A stretch of 64,000 nt of DNA from Aquificaceae bacterium. Its GTDB lineage: Bacteria; Aquificota; Aquificia; Aquificales; Aquificaceae. The translations under genes were made by a program, and so were the position numbers. The stretch lies in contig JBEPZX010000001.1 of NCBI GenBank assembly GCA_041640635.1, positions 64,001 through 128,000 on the forward strand. The letters run 5' to 3'. The notes beneath the pieces are model-generated. The model had not been told where the DNA came from and did not search any database. It worked only from the letters and a program-made list of their open reading frames with translations. Each line of letters opens with the position of its first letter. Positions within the stretch are counted from its first letter, which is position 1. Positions 1 to 8,926 of this stretch are shown here, piece by piece.

Positions 1-75
1 GCTGTAATTGAGATACCAGGCAAGAAAGTTGTAGTTTTCAGACCCGCCAAAAATCTTAGGGAAGGGGTAAAGTAA
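1..75 (+). CDS. hup: HU-family DNA-binding protein, 3' end only (truncated by window)
   Basis: Frame 1 reads AVIEIPGKKVVVFRPAKNLREGVK*, a typical HU/IHF C-terminal arm and helix; stop TAA at 73-75. Confidence 0.8.
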   Translation, partial: AVIEIPGKKVVVFRPAKNLREGVK

Positions 76-82
76 CATACTT

Positions 83-103
83 AGGGGGGCTTCCCCCCTT
101 TTT
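83..103 (+). terminator. Intrinsic terminator after HU gene
   Basis: AGGGGGG-CTT-CCCCCCT stem-loop followed by a T run. Confidence 0.8.
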
Positions 104-104
104 A

Positions 105-800
105 ATGGATAGGTTTATAGCATCTTATATTAGAAATAATTCCATATATATAGAAGGGGAGGAACTAAAACACCTAAAGGCAAAGAGGATAAGGTCAGGG
201 GATGAAATTGAGGTTTGGGTAGAAAAGCATATTTATGTATGCAAGGTTGAGTCTTTAGAAAGGGAAAGAGCCCTTTGCTCCATAATTCGCGAAGTAAACT
301 ACACTGTTCCAAAACCTTATGTTTACGTGTATCAATGTGTTCCAAAAGATCTTAAAGTAATGGATGAAATAGTTGAAAACTTAAGTCAAGTAGGTGCATA
401 CGCCTTAATTCCGGTCATATCTAATAGGAGCTTTAGAGATTATGATGTGATTCTTAATAAAAGGAGTAGATGGGAAAGAATAGCTTTAGCAAGCCTTAAG
501 CAATGTATGAGACCGGAGCCTTTAGTTTTGGAAGATCCTATTTTTATAGAGAATTTAGTTCCAAAACACTCTATTAACTTACTTCTCGATAATTTTCATG
601 CCGGAATTACAATTAAACATTTTTCTTTTGAAAAACACCATGATATTGGTTTGGTTGTAGGTCCTGAGGGGGGTTTTACGCAAAATGAAGTATTAATGTT
701 AAAAGATAAGGATTTTACTTTGTTAAATATTAAACCCTACATTATAAAATCTAAGTTTGTGGCTTCGTTGTTGGTAGGAATCATAATGAATCTTGCCTAA
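105..800 (+). CDS. rsmE: 16S rRNA m3U1498 methyltransferase RsmE
   Basis: N-terminal HL..R, and SPOUT motif VVGPEGGF; 231 aa. Confidence 0.9.
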   Translation: MDRFIASYIRNNSIYIEGEELKHLKAKRIRSGDEIEVWVEKHIYVCKVESLERERALCSIIREVNYTVPKPYVYVYQCVPKDLKVMDEIVENLSQVGAYALIPVISNRSFRDYDVILNKRSRWERIALASLKQCMRPEPLVLEDPIFIENLVPKHSINLLLDNFHAGITIKHFSFEKHHDIGLVVGPEGGFTQNEVLMLKDKDFTLLNIKPYIIKSKFVASLLVGIIMNLA

Positions 801-801
801 G

Positions 802-1425
802 TTATACCAAAGCCCTATCTATTATCTGACTCAAAAGATTGAGTATTTGACCTTTCTTATTCCTGTAGCTCGCTCTATTGCAAATTAAGTGTGCTGTAGA
901 TGTGGCGATTTCTTCATAAACTATGAGATTGTTTTCTTTCAGCGTTCTACCAGTTTGCACTAAGTCTACAATACAGTGAGAAAGTCCAATGATTGGTGCA
1001 AGCTCTACTGAACCACTCAAGTATATTATCTTTGTTTTTATACCTCTTTCTGCAAAAAAATCCTTAGTTATTTTTGGGTATTTGGTAGCTACTTTCAGAT
1101 AAGTGCCTTTTGCATATTTTTCGTAGTCCTTTTGCAATCCTGCAACAACTATTTTACAAAAGCCAATTCCTAAGTTGTAAAGCTTATACACATCTGAATC
1201 TTTTTCCATAAGCACATCGTAACCTACTATTCCCAAATCAGCTACTCCATTTTCTACATATACGCTCACGTCTGAAGGTTTTACTAGAAAGAACTCATAA
1301 TTTTTTAATTTTACTGTGAGTTTTCTACCTTCCTCAATGGGCTCTTCTATTATGCCTTTTTGATAGAGTAAGTTTACGCTCTCTGCAAAGAGTCTTCCTT
1401 TGGGTAAAGCTACTCTTAAAAACAT
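802..1425 (-). CDS. hisG: ATP phosphoribosyltransferase, short form (needs HisZ)
   Basis: ALPKGRL, VATKYP, GSVELAP, DLVQTGRTL; 207 aa with no C-terminal regulatory domain. Confidence 0.95.
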   Translation of the reverse strand: MFLRVALPKGRLFAESVNLLYQKGIIEEPIEEGRKLTVKLKNYEFFLVKPSDVSVYVENGVADLGIVGYDVLMEKDSDVYKLYNLGIGFCKIVVAGLQKDYEKYAKGTYLKVATKYPKITKDFFAERGIKTKIIYLSGSVELAPIIGLSHCIVDLVQTGRTLKENNLIVYEEIATSTAHLICNRASYRNKKGQILNLLSQIIDRALV

Positions 1426-1429
1426 TACT

Positions 1430-1439
1430 TATAATTTTA
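1430..1439. promoter_or_regulatory. Overlapping divergent -10 elements for hisG and pdhA
   Basis: TATAAT 1430-1435 (+), 7 nt before ATG 1443; TAAAAT 1439-1434 (-), 8 nt before ATG 1425; 17-nt intergenic gap with no SD. Confidence 0.6.
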
Positions 1440-1442
1440 AGC

Positions 1443-2417
1443 ATGAGTCAAACTCTAGCAGAAAAATTCTACTTTCTTATGAAGTTAGGAAGGGAGTTAG
1501 AGCTCAGAGCCAAAGAGGAGTATTTGAAAGGAAATATTAGTGGTTTTTTGCATCTGGATATTGGACAGGAAGCTGTAAGCGTGGGAGCTGTTGTAGGCTT
1601 TGGTAAGGGGGACCTGTTTTGTCCATACAGGGAGCACGTTTTGGCTTTGGCAAGGGGAATGGATCCAAAGCTCATAATAGCAGAGCTCTTTGGTAAGTAT
1701 ACGGGGGTATCAAAAGGTAAAGGTGGTTCGATGCACCTTTACGAGCCAAAGTTGGATTTTTACGGTGGGAATGCTATCGTTGGAGCTCATCTTTCTCACG
1801 CTGTTGGTGCAGCTTACGCAAGAAAGTTAAGAAACGAGAAAGCGGGTGTTTTAGTTACATTTGGGGATGGTGCAACAAACGCCGGTAGCTTCTTTGAAGC
1901 TGTAAATTTGGCTGTAGTTTGGAAAGTTCCCGTCCTTTTTCTCTGCATAAATAATTACTACGCCATAGGCACGCGTATTGATAGGGTTTCTGCTTTTAAG
2001 GACACTTACCTTAAGGTAAAGGATTATATGCCCGCTGTTCAAGTGGATGGAATGGACGTTTTTGCCGTATATGAAGCTGTGATTGAAGCCAAAAAGTACC
2101 TTGAAGAGTATGGAAAACCTTACTACATAGAAGCTATAACGTACAGGTTCGAAGGGCACTCAATGGCTGACAAAGGTGATTACAGATCACCAAGGGAATT
2201 GGAGATGTTTAAAAAGAAAGATCCTATCGAGAACTTAAAGAAGGTAGCTTTGGAGAAGGGGTGGTTAACTCAGGAGCAAGTAAACCTAATGGATAGCAAA
2301 ATTGCTCAAATTGTGGAAGAGTCTGTAGAGTTTGCCTTGAGCTCTCCTGAGCCACCACCTGAGGAGCTATACAGGGATATATACTGCGGTAGTGTATGCG
2401 AAGATATAGGAGTATAA
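1443..2417 (+). CDS. pdhA: Pyruvate (2-oxoacid) dehydrogenase E1 alpha
   Basis: GFLHLDIGQEA, GKGGSMH, TPP motif GDGA..N, YRFEGHSMAD. Confidence 0.9.
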   Translation: MSQTLAEKFYFLMKLGRELELRAKEEYLKGNISGFLHLDIGQEAVSVGAVVGFGKGDLFCPYREHVLALARGMDPKLIIAELFGKYTGVSKGKGGSMHLYEPKLDFYGGNAIVGAHLSHAVGAAYARKLRNEKAGVLVTFGDGATNAGSFFEAVNLAVVWKVPVLFLCINNYYAIGTRIDRVSAFKDTYLKVKDYMPAVQVDGMDVFAVYEAVIEAKKYLEEYGKPYYIEAITYRFEGHSMADKGDYRSPRELEMFKKKDPIENLKKVALEKGWLTQEQVNLMDSKIAQIVEESVEFALSSPEPPPEELYRDIYCGSVCEDIGV

Positions 2418-2420
2418 ATC

Positions 2421-3395
2421 ATGCTTTACAGAGAAGCTTTAAACCTGGCATTGGATCATGCTATGGAATCGGATCCAAGCGTGGTAATTTTGGGGGAAGA
2501 TGTGGGCTTTTATGGGGGTAACTACAAAGTAACGGATGGGCTTTACGCAAAGTATGGGGAGTCAAGGGTTATAGATACTCCTATAGCGGAAAATTCCATC
2601 GTAGGAACGGCGATTGGTATGGCTATGGTGGGGTTACGCCCTGTGGCGGAGATAATGACGGCAAACTTTGCCATGCTAGCTATGGACCAGATAGTAAATA
2701 ACATGGCAAAGCTTAGGTATATGAGCGGTGGAAAGATAAGCCTTCCCATGGTGGTTAGGATGCCACAGGGTGTGGCAAAGCAACTTGCAGCTCAGCATTC
2801 CCAAAGTTTGGAGCATATGTTTGCAAGCGTGCCGGGAATATACGTCTTTTGCGCATCGGATTCCATAACAGCTTACCATGGTTTGTTAAGCGCTATAAGA
2901 TTCGATGACCCTGTTATATTTTTGGAACACGTTGCTTTATATGCCTGGGACTTTCCTTTCGAGTATCTTAAAAATTTCGATCCCTTCAGTGCAAGGATTG
3001 TAAAGGAAGGTAAAGACGTAACCGTTGTTTCTTACCTAAAATCCTTACACGATACGCTAAAGGCTTGCGAACAACTGGAAAAGGAAGGTATATCCTGCGA
3101 AGTGATAGACCTTGTATCTTTGCGTCCCATCGATTTTGAAACCATATACAACTCGGTAAAAAAAACAAAAAGGTTGGTTGTGGTGCATGAAGCTCCAAAA
3201 AGCTTAGGATTAGGTGCGGAAATTAGCGCAAGAATTAGCGAAGAACTCTTCTACTACTTGGATGCACCGCCTTTGAGAGTTTGTGGAGAGGAAGTCCCAA
3301 TACCCTATAACAGGAATCTGGAACTTATGAGTATACCTACGCCTGAGAAAATATACAGAGCTATTTTGGATTGGGGGAAACAAAATGGACTATGA
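2421..3395 (+). CDS. pdhB: Pyruvate dehydrogenase E1 beta
   Basis: GEDVG, DTPIAE, AQHSQS, transketolase C-terminal domain. Confidence 0.92.
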   Translation: MLYREALNLALDHAMESDPSVVILGEDVGFYGGNYKVTDGLYAKYGESRVIDTPIAENSIVGTAIGMAMVGLRPVAEIMTANFAMLAMDQIVNNMAKLRYMSGGKISLPMVVRMPQGVAKQLAAQHSQSLEHMFASVPGIYVFCASDSITAYHGLLSAIRFDDPVIFLEHVALYAWDFPFEYLKNFDPFSARIVKEGKDVTVVSYLKSLHDTLKACEQLEKEGISCEVIDLVSLRPIDFETIYNSVKKTKRLVVVHEAPKSLGLGAEISARISEELFYYLDAPPLRVCGEEVPIPYNRNLELMSIPTPEKIYRAILDWGKQNGL

Positions 3396-4641
3396 GGTTC
3401 TCATGCCCCAGTTTTCTGATACAATGGAGAGGGGGAAAATAGTAAAGTGGCTAAAAAGAGAAGGGGAGTATGTGGAAAAAGGGGAAACGATAGCAGAAAT
3501 TGAAGCGGAAAAAGCCATAATGGAACTCCAAAGTTTTAGAAGCGGTATTTTGAAGAAAATCCTTCATGGTGAAAATGAAGAGGTAAAAGTAGGTAAAGTG
3601 ATAGCGATAATAGAAATAACTGACAAACCGGTGCAAACAAAGGAGACACCACCTAAGGAAGAGCCTAAAAAAATGCCCGAAGAAAAGCCAAAGGAAACCT
3701 TTGTAAAAGAGGAAAGGAAAGAGTTAAAAGAGGTAAAAAAATCAATGGCTCCTGGTTTTGCCTCACCTTACGCTAAGGTTTTGGCTAAAGAACTTGATTT
3801 GGACATAAGCGAATTTCAAAAGATGGGTAAAATACCATCGCCTGCGCATGCAAAGGACATAGAGAAGTTTTTGACAGAAAGATACTTTACACCAAGGGCT
3901 TTAGAAATCATAAAGGACTACCAGATAGACCCCAAAGATGTAATCTCTTACTTTGGAGAGAGGAAAGTAAACGAAGATATGCTAATTACCTATATAGAAA
4001 ACAATGAAATTCCCAAAAAAATTTCTGTATCTTTCACCCAAAAGACTCTTATAGAGAACTTAACCAAGAGCATACAAAACCCTCAATACCGCATAACGGA
4101 CAAAATTAACGCTTCCTTTATTCCTTACATAGAAGGTATCACCTACACCCACTGGTTTATAAAAATCATAGGCGACTCTATGATGTACTTTGACAGGTTA
4201 AGGGCTAAACTGAAAGGGGATAGTTATCTTATAAGTCCCAATGCAAATGTAGGTGTTGCTGTAGGCATTGGCGAAGAGCTTTACAATGTAGTGATAAAAA
4301 GGGTAAATAAGAAGACACTAAAGGAAATATCGGAGGAGCTTCAAACTTTAAGACAGAAGGCTCAGGAATCGAGACTCTCACCTGAGGATATAAAAGGTGC
4401 TACACTAACCATATCCAACCTTGGTATGTTTGGTATTATGCAATTTGATGCCATTTTGCCTTTTGAACAAGCTTGTATAGTAGCCATAGGCGCCATAGAT
4501 GAAAACAAAACCTTTTACGCTACCTTTACCTTTGACCATAGGATAGTTAACGGTTTAACGGGGGCTTTGTTTGTTAAGCATGTGAAGGAGAGATTTACAG
4601 ACAAGGCTTACTTAAAACTTCTCTCTAAGGGGGCAAAATGA
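3385..4641 (+). CDS. pdhC: Dihydrolipoamide acyltransferase E2
   Basis: Lipoyl domain (EAEKA), Pro/Lys/Glu linker, subunit-binding domain ASPYAK, TISNLG, DHRIVNG. Confidence 0.9.
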   Translation: MDYEVLMPQFSDTMERGKIVKWLKREGEYVEKGETIAEIEAEKAIMELQSFRSGILKKILHGENEEVKVGKVIAIIEITDKPVQTKETPPKEEPKKMPEEKPKETFVKEERKELKEVKKSMAPGFASPYAKVLAKELDLDISEFQKMGKIPSPAHAKDIEKFLTERYFTPRALEIIKDYQIDPKDVISYFGERKVNEDMLITYIENNEIPKKISVSFTQKTLIENLTKSIQNPQYRITDKINASFIPYIEGITYTHWFIKIIGDSMMYFDRLRAKLKGDSYLISPNANVGVAVGIGEELYNVVIKRVNKKTLKEISEELQTLRQKAQESRLSPEDIKGATLTISNLGMFGIMQFDAILPFEQACIVAIGAIDENKTFYATFTFDHRIVNGLTGALFVKHVKERFTDKAYLKLLSKGAK

Positions 4642-5882
4642 AGGAATACGATGTAGTAATAATTGGAGGAGGGCTAGCTTATACGGGTGCTTACCTTTTA
4701 AGAAATGCGGGGCTAAAGGTAGCGGTAGTGGAAAAGGAAGAGAAAAACATAGGTGGGGTTTGTTTAAATAAGGGGTGTGTTCCTACCAAGCTTTACATCA
4801 AGGAAGCAAAAACCTTATACCAAGCCAAGCACTCAAAGGTCGCATCTTTTAACCTTCAGGTAAACTTAAAGAATCTTTATGCTTACAAGGAAGAGCTTAC
4901 AGCCAGACTAAGGCAAGACATACTCAAGATGCTAAAAGGTGTAGATGTATACTTTGGCTACGGTGAATTAATTGAGCCTTACACGGTGAAGGTGGACAAA
5001 GAGATTTTAAAAGCAAAGCACGTGATTATAAACACGGGCAAAAGGCAAGCTGAATCTCAAGAAGGTTTTTTAACATCCGATGACCTTTTGAATCTTCAAG
5101 AAGTGCCCAAATCCTTAAGCCTAAAAGGTAACGATCCTATACTTTACGAATTTGCTTGTATGTTTTCTGTGTTTGGCTCTCAGGTGAGCATTTTCACAGA
5201 AGGCAAAGACTTGGATTTTATGCACCCTAGTATAAAAAGCAGGTTTTTAAAGATGATAAAAGCTTTAGGAGTGAACGAAAAGAAAGAAAGTGAGTTTGAA
5301 AAATCGGAGCTTAATGTGCTTTTTGAAAAGAGAGTTCCAAACTCCGAAGCCGTAAAGCTCCAAGACATACAAAAGGATAAAGAGGGACACATCATAGTAG
5401 ATGAGAATTTTGAGACATCGTTAAAAAATCACTATGCCGTAGGTGATGTAAACGGTCTTTTTGAACTAGCTCACGCTGCGCGTATACAATCCTTAATTGT
5501 AGCCAACAGAATACTAGGCAAAGAAAAACTATTTGTTAATTTTAAAAACATTCCATACGTTTTGTATACTTTGCCCATGTCTTATGCAAAGGTTGGCATC
5601 ACCCATTATGAGCTCAAAAGTAAAGTTATACAATACCAAGAAAAATTGATAAGTTTTAGACCTTACGCCATAGGTAGCATACAAAACACGGAGGATGGTT
5701 TGGTAATTCTTTACTTTGACAAAAGGAACTTTCTAATAGGTGCTGAGGTCCTAAGTGCTATGGCTGAGGAAGTAATTGGCAGTGTTACGTGCATGCTAAA
5801 TGCCGAGTTGGATTTGAAGTTTATTTCCCAAATGGTTTTGCCTCACCCAACGGTGAGTGAGGTTCTTGTGTTGGGTCTATAA
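4638..5882 (+). CDS. lpdA: Dihydrolipoamide dehydrogenase E3-like protein with degenerate NAD-binding domain
   Basis: IIGGG, GGVCLNKGCVP, AVGDV, LAHAA and HPTVSE present; GNDPILYE replaces GxGxxGxE; only 414 aa. Confidence 0.8.
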   Translation: MKEYDVVIIGGGLAYTGAYLLRNAGLKVAVVEKEEKNIGGVCLNKGCVPTKLYIKEAKTLYQAKHSKVASFNLQVNLKNLYAYKEELTARLRQDILKMLKGVDVYFGYGELIEPYTVKVDKEILKAKHVIINTGKRQAESQEGFLTSDDLLNLQEVPKSLSLKGNDPILYEFACMFSVFGSQVSIFTEGKDLDFMHPSIKSRFLKMIKALGVNEKKESEFEKSELNVLFEKRVPNSEAVKLQDIQKDKEGHIIVDENFETSLKNHYAVGDVNGLFELAHAARIQSLIVANRILGKEKLFVNFKNIPYVLYTLPMSYAKVGITHYELKSKVIQYQEKLISFRPYAIGSIQNTEDGLVILYFDKRNFLIGAEVLSAMAEEVIGSVTCMLNAELDLKFISQMVLPHPTVSEVLVLGL

Positions 5883-5891
5883 TTTTTTGAC

Positions 5892-8800
5892 ATGGACAAA
5901 AGGGAGTTAGTGAAGGAATATTTAAGCAGTATAGCGGGAAAACCTGAAGATACTATAAGGCATAATTTTTTACGTTTTCTTGAAAAGCTTTTCCCTCAAA
6001 TTGAACTCCAGGAGATAGAACTGGAAAAGTATATACGTGGCATACGTGCAAAAAGTGGATATGCGGATGCCATAGTAGGGCACATCATTTTTGAGTTTAA
6101 AAGAAAGTTAGATGAGCATAGCAGAAATGTTGGTAAAGAAGAGCTAAAAAAGTACATCAAAAACCAAGAAAGACCTGAAAGTGTGTTTGGTTTTTTAACG
6201 GATGGAAAAGTTTTTGAGGTTTACGCTTTAAAAGGGGAAGAACTTGAGAAGTTAAGTGAGTTTAGGATAGAAGAGGACAAAGCAGAGGAAATATACCAAA
6301 AGTTTGATATCTACCTTTTTACAGAGAAAAACATAAAGCCCACCTCTGCTGACATTGCTAGAAGATTTGGGCTTGGGAGCATTCTCTATTACAGGCTCAA
6401 GAGTGCTTTAGAATCTGCCTTTAAGAGTTTGAAAGACAGTTCTGTGTTGTTTACTAAGTTTTACGAGTGGAGAAATCTTTTGTCCATTGTTTACGGTTCT
6501 GGTGAGGTAGGAGAGGAAAGTCTTTTTATTACACACACTTACTTGGCAACCTTTGCAAAGATTTTGTCTTTTGTTGCAATAGAAAAAAGAGCCCCTAACA
6601 GTGAGCAAGAACTAAAGGAAATTATAACAGGTAAAGCTTTTGAGAAGTTAGGCTTTGAAAACTTTGTAGAGGATGACTTTTTCAGTTGGTTTGTGGATGA
6701 AAATGTTTGGCAACCGTTTTATCCTTTGCTTCTTTCTATGGCGGACACGCTTATAAGTGCTTACAACCTTTCTTACATAAACGAGGACATTTTGAAAGAA
6801 ATATACCAAGAAATGGTAGATCCAGAAACAAGGCACGATTTGGGTGAGTACTACACACCCGATTGGTTGGCTGAGCTGTTACTTATAGAAGCAGGCTTTC
6901 ATGAAGCGGAAGATAAATCCCTTTTGGACCCTTCATGCGGGTCTGGAACTTTCCTTCTGAATGCTATAAAGCTACTCAAAAAGCAAGGGCTAAAGGGGAA
7001 AGAGCTTGTAGATTTTGCTCAAAAGTTTTTAGCAGGTATGGATGTCAATCCTTTGGCTGTGATTATTGCAAAAACTAACTTTGTGCTTGCTTTGAGTGAG
7101 GATTTAAAGGATTACAGAGGTAAGCTCTACATTCCCATATTCATGTGTGATAGTCTAAATGCAAGAGGTGCATACTCTGAGCCATACGTGAAAATACCAA
7201 TACCTTTAGAAGAGTTTAGGAAAATTAAACCGCTGTCTTCTCAAACACCTTCTACCTTTTCTTTGCCTTTGGATATAAGCCAAGAGAAGATGGAAGAGAT
7301 CTTGGACATGCTTATAGAGTATGCAGATCCAAAAATGGACGAAAGCACAGCAAAAAGAGGTTTCAAGTCCTATCTGGAAAAATTGCAGTTGACTCCCGAT
7401 GAAATTACCCACTGGATGTCCAATCTAACCTTAATGAGATACTTACTCAAAGAGCCTCCCACAGACACCATATGGAAGTTTGTTTTAAAGAACGCCCACA
7501 GACCAATAATTTTTAGCAAAAACAAGTTTGCCTTTGTAGTAGGTAATCCACCATGGCTTACATACAAAGATATCAATAGAAAGGAATACCAAGAAAGAAT
7601 ACGACATTTAAGCATAAAAAAGTATAAACTCATTGAAGGAAAGGACACCCACTTGGTAACCCACTTGGAGCTTGCCACTGTGTTTTTCGCATTAAGTGAA
7701 GACCTTTACCTAAAGAACAATGGAACATTGGCTTTTGTAATGCCAAGGAGCATTATGAAGGACAGCAAGCACCACAAAGCATTTCAGGAAAAATACTTAA
7801 TGAAATCGGAAAAAATAATAGACTGTTCGGATGTGAAACCCCTTTTTAACATTCAGAGCGTTTGCGTAATCTACAAAAAGGGAGCTCAAACAAAACCTCA
7901 TGTGCCTATTCTAAAGCTAAAAGGAGTCTTGCCTTACAAAAACATGGACTTAAGTAGTGCAAGTGAACTTTTTGAAAAGTCAGAGGGCACTTACAAACCC
8001 GCAGAAGGAGTGGGAGAAAGTGTATATCTTAAGGAAGTTTTCCAAGGAGCAACCTTAGTTCCAAGAAGCTTTTGGTTTGTAAAACCTAAGGAGAGGGGGA
8101 CTCATTTAGAGACTGATCCTGTAGCACAAGAGCAAGGGAAAGAGCCATGGAAAAGTATAAAACTTGAAGGTGAGGTAGAAGAGGAGTTCTTATATGCCAC
8201 GCTTCTTTCTACGGAGCTTTTCCCCTTTTCCTATAGAAAACTTTCTTTGGTAATAATACCCTTAAAGAATGGAAAACTTTTGAACTCTCAAAAAGCTTAC
8301 GCTGAAGGACGTCCAAAGCTTGGAAAGTGGCTTTCTCAGGTAGAAGAGCATTGGAACAAACTCGCAAAAAGGACTTCGGAGAGAGTAAAAACTCCATACG
8401 AACGATTGGACTTTCAAGGTCTTTTCTCCAGACAAAAACTATCAGGCGTAGTAAAACTACTCTATAACAAAAGCGGAGCTAGTATAAGCTCGTGTGTAAT
8501 AAATACAAATCAGATTAAGGAAGTTTACGGTTTGAACGTCCAAGGCTTTATAGCAGAACATAAAACCCACTACATAGAAACTTACAACGAGAAGGAAGCT
8601 CATTACCTCTGTGCAATTCTCAACTCAAATAAAGTAAATGAATTCATAAAGCCTCTTTTAGGTGAAAGGGATATTCACAACAGACCCTTTGAGTATCTAC
8701 CCATTCCAAGATTTGATGAAAGGAACGCTGTTCATTTGGAGCTTGCAGAACTTAGTATGCTTTGCCATCAAAAGGTGAAGGAGAAAATGAAGGATGAAAG

Positions 8801-8909
8801 AGTTCTAAACTTAAACTATATCAAACTAAGAGACTACATTCGCAAGGAACTTGTAAGGGAAGAGCTAAAGGAAATAGATAAATTAGTAGGCGCTTTGCTT
8901 GGGATTTAG
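5892..8909 (+). CDS. Type IIG-like restriction-modification fusion (endonuclease + N6-adenine methyltransferase + target recognition region)
   Basis: N-terminal ADA..IFEFK (PD-D/ExK-like) and LTDG; GEYYTP, LLDPSCGSGTF (motif I), GNPPW (motif IV); 1005 aa. Confidence 0.85.
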   Translation: MDKRELVKEYLSSIAGKPEDTIRHNFLRFLEKLFPQIELQEIELEKYIRGIRAKSGYADAIVGHIIFEFKRKLDEHSRNVGKEELKKYIKNQERPESVFGFLTDGKVFEVYALKGEELEKLSEFRIEEDKAEEIYQKFDIYLFTEKNIKPTSADIARRFGLGSILYYRLKSALESAFKSLKDSSVLFTKFYEWRNLLSIVYGSGEVGEESLFITHTYLATFAKILSFVAIEKRAPNSEQELKEIITGKAFEKLGFENFVEDDFFSWFVDENVWQPFYPLLLSMADTLISAYNLSYINEDILKEIYQEMVDPETRHDLGEYYTPDWLAELLLIEAGFHEAEDKSLLDPSCGSGTFLLNAIKLLKKQGLKGKELVDFAQKFLAGMDVNPLAVIIAKTNFVLALSEDLKDYRGKLYIPIFMCDSLNARGAYSEPYVKIPIPLEEFRKIKPLSSQTPSTFSLPLDISQEKMEEILDMLIEYADPKMDESTAKRGFKSYLEKLQLTPDEITHWMSNLTLMRYLLKEPPTDTIWKFVLKNAHRPIIFSKNKFAFVVGNPPWLTYKDINRKEYQERIRHLSIKKYKLIEGKDTHLVTHLELATVFFALSEDLYLKNNGTLAFVMPRSIMKDSKHHKAFQEKYLMKSEKIIDCSDVKPLFNIQSVCVIYKKGAQTKPHVPILKLKGVLPYKNMDLSSASELFEKSEGTYKPAEGVGESVYLKEVFQGATLVPRSFWFVKPKERGTHLETDPVAQEQGKEPWKSIKLEGEVEEEFLYATLLSTELFPFSYRKLSLVIIPLKNGKLLNSQKAYAEGRPKLGKWLSQVEEHWNKLAKRTSERVKTPYERLDFQGLFSRQKLSGVVKLLYNKSGASISSCVINTNQIKEVYGLNVQGFIAEHKTHYIETYNEKEAHYLCAILNSNKVNEFIKPLLGERDIHNRPFEYLPIPRFDERNAVHLELAELSMLCHQKVKEKMKDERVLNLNYIKLRDYIRKELVREELKEIDKLVGALLGI

Positions 8910-8926
8910 CCTTATAATCTTTCCTT

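Noticed and set aside
5865..8926. Possible target-site duplication around the R-M gene (ttggg...tataat on both sides)
   Set aside because: Similarity is short, gapped and explained by the -10 hexamers
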